Shown here: positions 32,588-42,988 of the stretch, in pieces
Position numbering within the stretch: position 1 is the stretch's first letter
How the letters are laid out: each line of letters starts with the position of its first letter
Source of the DNA: Prochlorococcus sp. AG-355-B18
Lineage (GTDB): Bacteria > Cyanobacteriota > Cyanobacteriia > PCC-6307 > Cyanobiaceae
Assembly (NCBI GenBank): GCA_003280965.1
Contig: QCDI01000004.1
Location: 32,001-96,000 of the forward strand
Direction: 5' to 3'
DNA: 64,000 nucleotides
The notes under the pieces: generated by a model
What the model was told of the DNA's origin: nothing
Seen by the model: only the letters and a program-made list of their open reading frames with translations
Database searches by the model: none
Position numbers and translations under genes: made by a program

Positions 32588-33301
32588 TCATAATGGATTT
32601 TTCTCGGGTTTACCCACTTTTCTAGGGTAAATTTTAGGGCAAAAATTTTTAGGTTGAATAAGAATAATATTTCTGGTACCTTTATATTTTGGTAATAAAA
32701 TCTCCTTTTTCTCTTTAAATTTTCCTTCTAATATTTCTAAAGTTTTTTCTAGATTTTTACTTTCTAAATCAGTCCATTTTCCACAATATAAAACTCCTAA
32801 TCCTTCTTTTTTTAGCATTGGTAATATATATTCTGACACTGTTGATGGATTACTCACCGCTCTAGTAGTAGCTATATCGAAACTATTTCTCATTGACGAT
32901 TGATGGGCTAAATTTTCAACACGAGCATTGATTATATGAATATTGCTTTTGAAATTGATCTCCTTAATTATGCTTTTTAAAGCATCTGTTTTCTTTTTGG
33001 AAGAATCAACTAAGTATATTTCTGAAGTAGGATGAGTTATGGCATAAGCTAAACCAGGGAAGCCACATCCAGATCCAATATCTAAAAATTTTTTATTATC
33101 AAAATTTATATTCTGGAAAGTTTTAAATGGCCAAATGCTGTCAAATACTTGAGATATCCAATAATCATCACCATCAATTAATCTCGTTAGATTAGTTTTA
33201 TTATTTAATTCTTTTATTTTAATTTGTAATTCTTGAAACATAATTATTTCATCTTCAGTTATAAGGGCAGATATTTCTTCTAGGATGTTTTGTTTTTTCA
33301 T
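32588..33301 (-). CDS. rsmG: 16S rRNA m7G527 methyltransferase
   Basis: NLTR, LDIGSGCGFPG, DS..KK, RAV and YPRKVG.P.K.PL. Confidence 0.95.
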   Translation of the reverse strand: MKKQNILEEISALITEDEIIMFQELQIKIKELNNKTNLTRLIDGDDYWISQVFDSIWPFKTFQNINFDNKKFLDIGSGCGFPGLAYAITHPTSEIYLVDSSKKKTDALKSIIKEINFKSNIHIINARVENLAHQSSMRNSFDIATTRAVSNPSTVSEYILPMLKKEGLGVLYCGKWTDLESKNLEKTLEILEGKFKEKKEILLPKYKGTRNIILIQPKNFCPKIYPRKVGKPEKNPL

Positions 33302-33390
33302 TTCGTTATAAATATAAATTTTTACGATTCATTAATAACATTCTATTTATTAAAAATTTATTAGAATTACAATATTAATAAAAGATTATT

Positions 33391-33831
33391 TTGAAAGGGA
33401 AAATTTCTTATTATAAAATTTTAGGTATCGATGAAAATGCCTCTAATCATGAATTAAGAAAGGCATTTTGCAAACTTTCCATAGAGTTGCATCCTGATAC
33501 AACTTCTTTAGAAATAGAAGAAGCTAAAGCTAAATTCCAAGAAGTTTTGGAAGCTTATGAAAATTTGAATAATAGTAATTTGAGGAAAATATATGATGAC
33601 AAAATAAAGGAAAAATCTAGTAGTAATAATAATACTAAAGTTTTAAATAATTTAATAATCGATTCAAATAATCAAAATTTAGTAGGGAATAGAAGACCTT
33701 TTTCAAATGGGGAATTGTTTTCGTTATTTCTTTTATTCACGATCATTGCAATTAGTTTGATTTGTTCAATTTTTATTGCCTCTTTTACTGGCAAAGAATT
33801 AGATACAATACCTACTTGGTTAGTAAAATGA
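33391..33831 (+). CDS. J-domain (DnaJ-like) protein with C-terminal transmembrane helix
   Basis: YYKILG, HPD motif, F..V.EAY..L; hydrophobic segment near the C-terminus. Confidence 0.88.
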   Translation: MKGKISYYKILGIDENASNHELRKAFCKLSIELHPDTTSLEIEEAKAKFQEVLEAYENLNNSNLRKIYDDKIKEKSSSNNNTKVLNNLIIDSNNQNLVGNRRPFSNGELFSLFLLFTIIAISLICSIFIASFTGKELDTIPTWLVK

Positions 33832-33847
33832 TACTTAAAAAAAGTCT

Positions 33848-34105
33848 GTGAATCTCTCTAAAAAACCTATCAACCAAAATTCACTTCAATCATTGGAATT
33901 GTGGCTAACTGATTTAGGTGCAGTGAAGGATGTTAATAATCCATCTAAATGGTACCTGTTACTTTCTAATTGGAATGCAACTATTATGTTTGAACAAGAA
34001 GATTTAAGTGTTACCTGGGAAAGTCAAGGACAAGAAACTAAAAGACTATTTTCCTATTGCATTAATAGAGAAGATGTGGAAAATGCAATACTACAGGGAC
34101 CTTAA
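33848..34105 (+). CDS. DUF3143-family protein
   Basis: L..LE.WL..LG, W.A......EDL.V.W and REDVENAILQGP; follows the J-domain gene. Confidence 0.72.
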   Translation: MNLSKKPINQNSLQSLELWLTDLGAVKDVNNPSKWYLLLSNWNATIMFEQEDLSVTWESQGQETKRLFSYCINREDVENAILQGP

Positions 34106-34113
34106 ATTTCTTT

Positions 34114-35415
34114 CTACAGATTGTCTAAGATTTGCCTTATTATCCAGTAACTTTTTTCTAATTGATCGTCGGTTATACAGAGAGGCGGCAAAAGGTAAAT
34201 AACATTCCCGAGGGGCCTAATAAATAAACCTTGCTCCATTGCAAGACTCTTTATTTCTTTCCCAATATTATTAAAATAACCTTTTTTGTTCCCAATATCT
34301 AAATCGAAGGCAGCAATTGTGCCGGATACTCTTATCTTTTTTATATAAGGTAATTTTTTAAATTTAATTAAATGAGATAAATGTTTTTCTTCAAATGTAA
34401 GGTATTTATTTGGTTCTTTTTCAAGTAAATCAAGACTAGCGTTTGCCGCAGCACAACCTAAAGGATTAGCAGTAAAACTATGTCCATGCCAAAAAGTTTT
34501 TTTTGGAGAATCATCAATAAAGGATTGAAAAATTTTTTCTTTACATAAAGTTATTCCCATCGGTAAAAATCCACCAGTTAAGCCTTTTGAAATACTTATT
34601 AAATCAGGAATGATTTTGGCTTTTTGAAATGCAAAAAGGCTTCCACATCTTCCAAAACCAGTTAAAACTTCATCTGCAATTAACAAAGAATTATTATTTT
34701 TTATAGTTTCTGAAACTTTTTTTATAAACTGAGGCCTAACCATATTCATTCCTCCTGCTCCTTGAACAAGTGGCTCAATGATTACTGCAACTGTGGGAGT
34801 TTTAAGTAGGGTTTCTAATTTTTGAATCGCCTCATTTTCTTTTGTTTCTACTTCATCGTCGTTTATCCAAGTTGAAGGCCATGGGACTCTCTTAACTGGG
34901 AACATAAGATTATCGAAATTCTCATTAAAAATATTTCTTTCACCTAAAGCCATTGCTCCAAATGTATCGCCATGGTAGGCGCCATCAAAAGCTACTATTT
35001 GAGATCTAGTTTCTCCTCTATTTTGCCATGATTGGAAGGCAATCTTTAAAGCAACCTCCACTGCAGTAGAACCGTTATCAGAAAAGAATAATCTGTCTAG
35101 TTTTGTTAATTCACTAAGTCTTTCTGCCAACTTTTTTGCCTGTGGATGTAAAAAATCAGCAAATATAACTTGCTCAAGTTTTTTTGATTGATTGAAAATA
35201 GCATCGGCAATATATTCGTTACTATGACCATGAAGAGTTACCCACCAACTACTAATTGCATCTATTAGCTCTTTTTTAGGGTCTTTAGTAAATAGGAGGG
35301 CATCTTTACCATGCGTCACTTCTATTTGCGGTTTGCTGTTATTGATTTGTGTAAAAGGTGGCCAAATATTTGGGTGCCAATTTTGATTTGGAGTTTTTGA
35401 ATCCAAAGATTTCAT
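34114..35415 (-). CDS. bioA: adenosylmethionine-8-amino-7-oxononanoate aminotransferase
   Basis: IWPPFTQ, DAISSWWV, GSTAVEVALK, YHGDTFGAM, DEVLTGFGR, SKGLTGG and GHSFTANP. Confidence 0.96.
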   Translation of the reverse strand: MKSLDSKTPNQNWHPNIWPPFTQINNSKPQIEVTHGKDALLFTKDPKKELIDAISSWWVTLHGHSNEYIADAIFNQSKKLEQVIFADFLHPQAKKLAERLSELTKLDRLFFSDNGSTAVEVALKIAFQSWQNRGETRSQIVAFDGAYHGDTFGAMALGERNIFNENFDNLMFPVKRVPWPSTWINDDEVETKENEAIQKLETLLKTPTVAVIIEPLVQGAGGMNMVRPQFIKKVSETIKNNNSLLIADEVLTGFGRCGSLFAFQKAKIIPDLISISKGLTGGFLPMGITLCKEKIFQSFIDDSPKKTFWHGHSFTANPLGCAAANASLDLLEKEPNKYLTFEEKHLSHLIKFKKLPYIKKIRVSGTIAAFDLDIGNKKGYFNNIGKEIKSLAMEQGLFIRPLGNVIYLLPPLCITDDQLEKSYWIIRQILDNL

Positions 35416-36081
35416 TTAACTTATTTTTGAGTTTAAAAGTGAGATCAACTTATTTTTGATTTCTAATTCTTTCCATAGTATATCTAAATTATTTGAGTCC
35501 ATTTTCCTGATGTAAGGAAATTCAGTAATTAACGGAATACCACTAAAATCAACTAAAGTATTCGGATTGTCTAGGTGTTTTTCGCCATTGACTACTAAAC
35601 CTAAAATCTCAATATTTCTTCGTTTTAAGGCCTCAATACTAAGCAGAGTGTGGTTTAGAGTACCAAGTGAACTCTTACATACAAGTATTACGGGAAGATT
35701 CCATTTTTTTATTTGATCTATTTGCAAAAAATTACGTGTTATTGGAACCATTAATCCACCTGCAGTTTCTACAATTAATGAACCTTTTATTTTTGGCAAT
35801 CTCAACTTGTCAAAGTTAATAGTTTTTTGATCTATTTCAGCAGCCCAATGAGGAGAAAGAGGTTTTGTAAAGACATAAGCTTCTTTAATTATTTTCTCTT
35901 TATTTACTTGTGCAAGCTTTTCAACAGTTTGACTATCAGTTTGAGATTCAATACCACTTTGAATAGGCTTCCAATAGAAGGAATTTAATCCTCTAACGAA
36001 AAAAGAACTTATTAAAGTTTTCCCAATATCAGTATCTGTTCCACAAATTATAAATTTGAAAATACTATTACTAATACTCAT
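35416..36081 (-). CDS. bioD: dethiobiotin synthetase
   Basis: GTDTDIGKT, WKPIQSG, ETAGGLMVP and LGTLNHTLL. Confidence 0.96.
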   Translation of the reverse strand: MSISNSIFKFIICGTDTDIGKTLISSFFVRGLNSFYWKPIQSGIESQTDSQTVEKLAQVNKEKIIKEAYVFTKPLSPHWAAEIDQKTINFDKLRLPKIKGSLIVETAGGLMVPITRNFLQIDQIKKWNLPVILVCKSSLGTLNHTLLSIEALKRRNIEILGLVVNGEKHLDNPNTLVDFSGIPLITEFPYIRKMDSNNLDILWKELEIKNKLISLLNSKIS

Positions 36082-36848
36082 AATTTTTTTATGATTTGAA
36101 TCTCAATTTGCCAAGAAAGGTTCACTGTATTATTGTAATTCTTTGGCCAAAACTTTTGCATTTCTTTTAACTCTTTCACTGTTTTACGTTTAGAGTTTGT
36201 TGATTGTGCTCCTACATTTTTAATGCTTCTAAAAAGCTTATATACATCTTCAAAATTTTCAAGATAATTAAACTTTTCTGAATAATGAATTTCTGTTGAT
36301 TTGAAATCTTTTAATAATTCATTAGAGCAAAGGAAATTAAGACCACTATATTCAATATCAATTTTTCTACAAGTATCTTTCCATTCAGGAAAACAATCTT
36401 TTGTTGGATATGAAATGATTAAAAAACCTCCAGGTATTAATTTACTAAACCAATTTTTTATTATCTTTTCTGGGTTGTTTAACCAATGTATACAAAAGTT
36501 AGATGTTAATAGAGAACAGTTATTGATTTCGGGAGGTAAATCATTATTCAAATCCCATATAATTTTTTTACTAGATAATTTATTCGCAAGAAGCATTTTT
36601 TTGCTGAAATCAATTCTGGATACTTTTTGGGAAGAAAATTTTTTTTCTATTTCATCAGCTAATAGTCCTGGTCCTGATCCTAGATCTATCCATTCACCTT
36701 TTTTTTGGGGATTTAATTCCTTGATAAATTGAACAATCTTTTTTGCAAAAAATTTTTGAATATTTGAATATTCTAAATACCGATATGCAGCATCATTGAA
36801 GTTATTTTTTATTTTCTCATTCCACTGTTTATTATCCATTTCAATCAT
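36078..36848 (-). CDS. bioC: malonyl-ACP O-methyltransferase BioC
   Basis: F..AA..Y...S.IQ N-terminus, SAM motif IDLGSGPG, SNF.IHW; located inside the bio cluster. Confidence 0.82.
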   Translation of the reverse strand: MIEMDNKQWNEKIKNNFNDAAYRYLEYSNIQKFFAKKIVQFIKELNPQKKGEWIDLGSGPGLLADEIEKKFSSQKVSRIDFSKKMLLANKLSSKKIIWDLNNDLPPEINNCSLLTSNFCIHWLNNPEKIIKNWFSKLIPGGFLIISYPTKDCFPEWKDTCRKIDIEYSGLNFLCSNELLKDFKSTEIHYSEKFNYLENFEDVYKLFRSIKNVGAQSTNSKRKTVKELKEMQKFWPKNYNNTVNLSWQIEIQIIKKL

Positions 36849-37545
36849 TAAATGTATTAAGTAAAATCTCGTATAAATTTAAATTATTCAAGCAATGCCC
36901 TTGCTGAGCTAATTTAATTAAAATTGGCTTTCTATCAAGTGTTTTATTTAAGAAATCTAAAAAGTTATTATTTGATTCTTTGTCAAGAATCAAATCATTT
37001 TCTGATTTTATAAAAATAATTTTGCAATCTTTTTTAAGAAATACTGGAAAATCTCTTTTGATGTAAAGTTCTTTTAAATCACTTAAAAGAAGATTTTTAT
37101 TTGAACTCTCTAAACTTTTATAAAGGATATTTTTAAAACTATTATTAATTTCATTTGGCATAAATGATCTATGTATAAATTCTTTCAACATATCCTTAGG
37201 TTTATCTTTTTTGATTTTTGTTTCCATTCTTTTTAGAGACCTCAAAATAAAGTCTCTCTTGTTACTTAAAGGAAGAAAATTATTAAAAGAATTGATAAGA
37301 ACAATATGAGTTGCTTCTTCTAAAATTTTTTTTGGCATTAAATGAAAACCATATGAGTGGCATAAAGACATTCTGATTTCTTTTTTACATTCGCTTTTAA
37401 TCCATTTTGCTTGATAATTGCTTGTCGAAAAATAGCCTCTTTCATTATCTTGCCAATGCCAATTATTATTTAAAAAATCAACTTTATAATCATCCCAGAA
37501 ATGTTTATTTAGTCCCCACCCATGTTGAGTAATAATTTGTTTCAT
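36841..37545 (-). CDS. bioK: alpha/beta-hydrolase, probable pimeloyl-ACP methyl ester esterase (BioK type)
   Basis: HGWG oxyanion motif, HSYG nucleophile elbow, candidate catalytic Asp (SENDLIL) and His (QQGHCL); occupies the bioH slot between bioF and bioC. Confidence 0.72.
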   Translation of the reverse strand: MKQIITQHGWGLNKHFWDDYKVDFLNNNWHWQDNERGYFSTSNYQAKWIKSECKKEIRMSLCHSYGFHLMPKKILEEATHIVLINSFNNFLPLSNKRDFILRSLKRMETKIKKDKPKDMLKEFIHRSFMPNEINNSFKNILYKSLESSNKNLLLSDLKELYIKRDFPVFLKKDCKIIFIKSENDLILDKESNNNFLDFLNKTLDRKPILIKLAQQGHCLNNLNLYEILLNTFND

Positions 37546-38681
37546 TTAAAATCTTTTAATACAGCAATGAAATTCTTTAGCAGATTAAAATCTAAGTTTC
37601 TCCTTATTGTTATTCTTATTCTTGATTGTCCAACTGGGACAGTTGGAGGTCTTATCGCAATTGCTAAAAACCCATTTTTTTCGAGATATTTTTGAAGATA
37701 AATTGCCTTTTCTTCTTGTCCAATAATAATTGATAAAATGTGGGAATCTCCTTGTACAGGAAAACTAAAATTTTTAATAATTTCATCCTTCCATACATTT
37801 GCAGAAGATAACAAATCATTACCCCATTCTTTATTTTGTAAAATTTTTTTTAAACCCTCTAGTGCTCCAGCAGCTAAGCATGGAGCAAGCGCTGTTGTGT
37901 ACCTATATGCACCACTTGTTTGGATAAGATATTCACCAATTTCTGAATTGGAAGCTATGAAAGCTCCTCCGCTACCAAATGCTTTTCCAAAAGTTCCAGT
38001 GATCATAGTTATATTAGAACGGAAATTAAAACTTAAACCTCTGCCTTCAGGACCCAAGATCCCAATTGCATGAGCTTCGTCTACTAATAATTGAACACTA
38101 TTTTTTTTGCAAATTTCCGTTATTTCTTTTAGCGGAGCAATTGATCCCTCCATACTATAAAGAGATTCAACAACAACTAAAATAGAATTTTTTGTAGGGT
38201 TAGAATTAATAATTTTATCTTCTAAATCCTTCAAATTATTGTGTGAAAATCGAACCAGTTTTGCCTGAGCAGCTTTAACTCCAACTAATAAAGAGTTATG
38301 GATCAATTTATCTGCTATTACGATACTATTTCTGTTTGCTAAAGCCTCGATAGCTGCTATATTTGCTTGAAATCCGCTTGGGAAAAGTAATATTTTTTCT
38401 TGATCAAGCCACTCGGAAAGTTTTGTTTCCAATAATTTATGTATTGGTCTTGAACCTGTAATAAACCTAGAGCTTCCTGAACCAATACCTTCTAAAAGGC
38501 TTATTTCGTAAGCAGCTTTTATTAAATGCTTATCTCTACTTAATCCAAAATAATCATTACTGCATAAGTCTATAAGTTTTTTATTTTGCGAATTTAAATT
38601 TATAAGTTCGAATGGTTTTTTACCTAATGAAAATGTTTTTAATTTACGGATTCTATTTTTTGGAATTTTTATTTTTTTCAT
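37542..38681 (-). CDS. bioF: 8-amino-7-oxononanoate synthase
   Basis: SNDYFGL, SGFQAN, HNSL, YSMEG, VDEAH, TFGKAFG and AIRPPTVP. Confidence 0.95.
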   Translation of the reverse strand: MKKIKIPKNRIRKLKTFSLGKKPFELINLNSQNKKLIDLCSNDYFGLSRDKHLIKAAYEISLLEGIGSGSSRFITGSRPIHKLLETKLSEWLDQEKILLFPSGFQANIAAIEALANRNSIVIADKLIHNSLLVGVKAAQAKLVRFSHNNLKDLEDKIINSNPTKNSILVVVESLYSMEGSIAPLKEITEICKKNSVQLLVDEAHAIGILGPEGRGLSFNFRSNITMITGTFGKAFGSGGAFIASNSEIGEYLIQTSGAYRYTTALAPCLAAGALEGLKKILQNKEWGNDLLSSANVWKDEIIKNFSFPVQGDSHILSIIIGQEEKAIYLQKYLEKNGFLAIAIRPPTVPVGQSRIRITIRRNLDFNLLKNFIAVLKDFK

Positions 38682-38820
38682 TTTGGCAAAATAAAATTTA
38701 GTGGATTTAATTAAAAAGATTTAGATTTACTATTAAAGTTTGCAAGGTATTTTTTGTTTATTAATATCTATATAGATCATATATTAAGAAGTTAACTCAT
38801 CCTCTCTTCAATCACAATTA

Positions 38821-41547
38821 TTGCTTAATTTAGAGGAATATTTCCCCTTTCCTCTTGATGATTTCCAATTAGAGGCAATACGAGCTATAAATAGCGGAAA
38901 TTCTGTTGTTTTAACGGCACCAACAGGTTCGGGTAAAACATTGATAGGTGAATTTGCTATATATAGAGGTTTATCGCATGACAGCAGAGTTTTTTATACA
39001 ACACCTTTAAAAGCCCTATCAAACCAAAAGTATAGAGATTTTGCTAATCAATATGGTGAGAATAAGGTTGGTCTTTTAACTGGAGATATAAGTATAAATA
39101 GAGAAGCACCAATCTTAGTCATGACTACTGAGATTTTTAGGAACATGCTTTATGGCGAATTTGATGAATTTGATGATCCCTTAGAAAATTTAGAATCTGT
39201 GATTCTTGATGAATGTCATTACATGAATGACCCCCAAAGAGGCACGGTTTGGGAGGAAACTATAATCCATTGCCCTACTAGAACTCAAATAATAGCTTTA
39301 TCAGCAACAATAGCTAATGCAGATCAACTACAAAATTGGATAGAAAAAGTTCATGGACCCACAGTACTAATTAACAGTGATAAAAGACCAGTCCCACTTG
39401 ATTTTATTTTTTGCAGTGTTAAAGGCCTCCATCCACTTTTAAATAATAAGGGTAATGGAATTCATCCAAATTGTAAGATTTGGAGAGCTCCTAAAGGGCA
39501 GAAAATGAGAGGGAAAGTGGGCAGGATAATGCAACCAAAGTCTCCCTCAATTGCCTTTGTGATCTCGAAACTGGCTGAAAGAAATATGTTGCCAGCTATT
39601 TATTTTATTTTTAGTAGAAGAGGATGTGACAAGGCTATTGAGAATATAAAAGATTTAACTTTAGTAAGTTATTCAGAAGCAAATATGATATCCCAAAAAT
39701 TAGATGTTTATCTTAAAAATAATCAAGAGGCAATTAAAGATAAATCTCAATGCGAGGCATTAAAACGCGGTATTGCATCTCATCATGCTGGATTATTGCC
39801 TGCATGGAAAGAATTGGTTGAGGAACTATTTCAGCAAGGTTTGATAAAAGTTGTTTTTGCAACCGAAACTCTAGCTGCAGGAATTAATATGCCTGCAAGA
39901 ACAACTGTTATTTCTTCTTTATCAAAAAGGACAGAAGATGGGCATAGATTATTATTTAGCAGTGAATTTTTGCAAATGTCAGGAAGAGCTGGAAGAAGAG
40001 GAAAAGATACCCAAGGATATGTTGTTACATTACAAACAAGATTCGAAGGTGCCAAAGAAGCAAGTGCACTGGCTATAAGCAAACCAAATTCTTTAGAGAG
40101 TCAATTCACTCCTAGCTATGGAATGGTACTTAATCTTTTACAAAGTTACACTTTAGAGAAGTCTAAAGAATTAATTAAAAGAAGTTTTGGTAGTTTTTTA
40201 TATTTAGGTGAATCCACAGGTGAGAATATGATTCTTGAAAAGTTGGATAAAGATTTAATTGAATTAAAAAAAATTACATCTAAAGTTTCATGGAAAGATT
40301 TTGATGCCTACGAAAAGTTAAAAAATCGTCTTAAAGAAGAGAGAAGGCTATTGAAAATTTTAGAAAAACAAGCAGCAGAAAAATTATCAGAAGAGATCAC
40401 TAATGCACTCCCATATATTAAAGATGGAAGCTTAATTTCAATCAAAGCTCCACAAATCAAAAGAAAAATTGTTCCAGGATTAATTTGTAAGAAAATATAT
40501 GAATCTCAAAAAATAAAGAGTTTATTGTGTTTGACAATTGATAATTTATTTATCCTTATAAAACCATCATACATAGTCAGTATTTTTAATGATTTGGATA
40601 CAATTGATGTCTTAGGACTTGAAGCACCAAAGATGTATTTTTCTGGAGAGGTATTTAGAGGAGATGATTTGTCGCAGTGTTTCGCAGATCGAATTTTAGA
40701 AGTTTCTAAAAAAAATGATTTACAAACTCCACAATATGATCTGACAACGGAAGTTTTGGCGCAACAGCAACAAATAAATAATTTAGAAGAAACTGTTACT
40801 GATCATCCCGCCCATAGATTTGGAGACTCCAAGAAGTTAAAGAAATATAGAAAAAGAATTGTTGATGTTGAACAAGAAATAAATATGAGAAAAAAGCTTC
40901 TTGAGGATAAAGAAAATCATAACTGGAGAACTTTTACCGATTTGATTAAAATTTTGAATCATTTTGGTTGTTTAAATGATTTGGAATTGACAGAAGTTGG
41001 ACAAACAGTTGGTGCAATAAGAAGTGAAAATGAATTATGGATTGGTCTTGTTTTAGTTAGTGGTTATTTGGACGATTTAGATCCTCCTGATTTAGCTGCA
41101 ATTATTCAAGCTATATGTGTTGATGTAAGAAGACCAAATCTTTGGTGTAATTTCAAGCCTTCTTTAAAAGTAATAGATGTTTTTAATGAATTAGATGGTT
41201 TAAGAAAATTAGTAGCTTCTCAACAGAATAAGCTTTATATTGAGATACCTATCTATCTAGAAACAGAGTTGACTGGAATTATTTCTGAATGGGCAAGGGG
41301 GAAAAAATGGCAAGATTTGGTTTTTAATACTTCATTAGACGAAGGCGATGTAGTCAGGATTATTAGAAGATCAATTGATGTCCTTTCTCAAGTGCAATAC
41401 TGTATTGGTGTTAGTAATAAATTAAAAACCAAAGCAAAGCTAGCATTAAAAGCTATTAACCGTTTTCCTGTTTCTGAATCTAATGATCTTATAAAAGTCT
41501 CTGAAGATATTAATCCTGCAACAAAAAGAATTGACAATAATTCTTAA
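38821..41547 (+). CDS. helY: Ski2/HelY-like DExH RNA helicase with DSHCT C-terminus
   Basis: APTGSGKT, PLKALSNQK, DECH, LSAT, TETLAAGINMPA, QMSGRAGRRG and C-terminal DEGD.VR. Confidence 0.88.
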   Translation: MLNLEEYFPFPLDDFQLEAIRAINSGNSVVLTAPTGSGKTLIGEFAIYRGLSHDSRVFYTTPLKALSNQKYRDFANQYGENKVGLLTGDISINREAPILVMTTEIFRNMLYGEFDEFDDPLENLESVILDECHYMNDPQRGTVWEETIIHCPTRTQIIALSATIANADQLQNWIEKVHGPTVLINSDKRPVPLDFIFCSVKGLHPLLNNKGNGIHPNCKIWRAPKGQKMRGKVGRIMQPKSPSIAFVISKLAERNMLPAIYFIFSRRGCDKAIENIKDLTLVSYSEANMISQKLDVYLKNNQEAIKDKSQCEALKRGIASHHAGLLPAWKELVEELFQQGLIKVVFATETLAAGINMPARTTVISSLSKRTEDGHRLLFSSEFLQMSGRAGRRGKDTQGYVVTLQTRFEGAKEASALAISKPNSLESQFTPSYGMVLNLLQSYTLEKSKELIKRSFGSFLYLGESTGENMILEKLDKDLIELKKITSKVSWKDFDAYEKLKNRLKEERRLLKILEKQAAEKLSEEITNALPYIKDGSLISIKAPQIKRKIVPGLICKKIYESQKIKSLLCLTIDNLFILIKPSYIVSIFNDLDTIDVLGLEAPKMYFSGEVFRGDDLSQCFADRILEVSKKNDLQTPQYDLTTEVLAQQQQINNLEETVTDHPAHRFGDSKKLKKYRKRIVDVEQEINMRKKLLEDKENHNWRTFTDLIKILNHFGCLNDLELTEVGQTVGAIRSENELWIGLVLVSGYLDDLDPPDLAAIIQAICVDVRRPNLWCNFKPSLKVIDVFNELDGLRKLVASQQNKLYIEIPIYLETELTGIISEWARGKKWQDLVFNTSLDEGDVVRIIRRSIDVLSQVQYCIGVSNKLKTKAKLALKAINRFPVSESNDLIKVSEDINPATKRIDNNS

Positions 41548-41555
41548 ATTTTTTA

Positions 41556-42941
41556 TCAAATCATTGAATTAATATTCATTGCTTCATCAAATTCATCTTC
41601 GTTTAAATAACCAAGTTTAAGTGTTGCCTCTTTTAAATTTAATGATTCTTTGAAAGCAAGGTTTGCAATTTCAGCTGCTTTTTCATAACCAACTTTTGGC
41701 ACTATGGCTGTAACCAACATTAATGAATTTTCTAAATTTAACTTCATTTTTTTTTGATTAGGTTCCATCCCAGCAACTAATTTTATTCTGAAGTTTTCTA
41801 TTGCATTTTTAAGTAATTTTAAACTTGTAAGAATATTAAATCCAATAAGAGGCTTATATTCATTCATCTGCAAAGTGCCGCTAGAATTTGCTATTGAAAC
41901 TGCATATTCAAGACCCATTATCTGAGTACAAACCATTGATAGGGCTTCGCATTGAGTCGGATTTACTTTACCTGGCATAATAGAACTTCCAGGTTCATTT
42001 TGAGGGATAATTAATTCATATATTCCTGATCTTGGACCAGAAGATAGAATTTTTATATCATTTGAAATTTTAAACAATGCACCTGCAAATATTTTTATCT
42101 GGCTCATTACTTGAGCTAGACGATCATGCGAGGCCATTATAGAAAAATTATTTTTTGATTTATAGAACATTAGATTCGTATAATCGGAAATTGATTTTAT
42201 GGACTCTTCACAAAATCCTTTTGGACAATTAATCCCTGTACCAACCGCAGTTCCTCCAAGAGGCAAGAAATATAATTCATTCAGACTCATAACAATTGCA
42301 TTTTCAGCATCTTTAAGTTGCTCTGACCAACCTGATATTTCTTGCCCAAAAGTAAGGGGCACTGCATCTTGAAAATGGGTTCTTCCTATCTTTATTAGGT
42401 CTTTCCATTCTTCACTTTTTTTATCAAGGATTTTCGTAAGTTCTCTTATAGTTGGAACTAAATTTTTGATTATTTCATTAACAACAGATATTTGAATAGC
42501 AGCAGGAAAAGTATCATTAGTTGACTGAGATTTATTTACATCATCATTCGGATGAATTGGTTGATGACTACCAAGCTTTGAATTTGTTTTTAACGCTGCA
42601 ATATTTGAAATTACCTCATTAACATTCATATTTGTTTGCGTGCCACTACCTGTTTGCCAAACCTTTAAGGGAAACTGTGAATCATGAAGCCCATCAAGTA
42701 TTTCTGTACATGCCTCTACAATCAAATCTTTTTTTCTTTTATCTATTAAACCTAAATTGAAATTAGCAATTGAAGCAGCTTTTTTTATGAGGGTGAGTGA
42801 ATAAATTAACTCAATTGGAATTAATTCTTCTCCAATAGAAAAATTTATTATTGATCTTTGTGTTTGAGCACCCCATAAAGCTTCCATGGGAACCTCTATT
42901 GTTCCCATACTATCTTTTTCAATCCTAAAGTTTTTTGTCAT
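41556..42941 (-). CDS. fumC: class II fumarate hydratase
   Basis: RIEKDSMG, WQTGSGTQTNMN, GRTH.QDA.P and GSSIMPGKVNPTQCE. Confidence 0.97.
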   Translation of the reverse strand: MTKNFRIEKDSMGTIEVPMEALWGAQTQRSIINFSIGEELIPIELIYSLTLIKKAASIANFNLGLIDKRKKDLIVEACTEILDGLHDSQFPLKVWQTGSGTQTNMNVNEVISNIAALKTNSKLGSHQPIHPNDDVNKSQSTNDTFPAAIQISVVNEIIKNLVPTIRELTKILDKKSEEWKDLIKIGRTHFQDAVPLTFGQEISGWSEQLKDAENAIVMSLNELYFLPLGGTAVGTGINCPKGFCEESIKSISDYTNLMFYKSKNNFSIMASHDRLAQVMSQIKIFAGALFKISNDIKILSSGPRSGIYELIIPQNEPGSSIMPGKVNPTQCEALSMVCTQIMGLEYAVSIANSSGTLQMNEYKPLIGFNILTSLKLLKNAIENFRIKLVAGMEPNQKKMKLNLENSLMLVTAIVPKVGYEKAAEIANLAFKESLNLKEATLKLGYLNEDEFDEAMNINSMI

Positions 42942-42988
42942 TATTCTTCTGAAAACACTGATTAAAATGAGATAAGGTTTTCAGTAAT

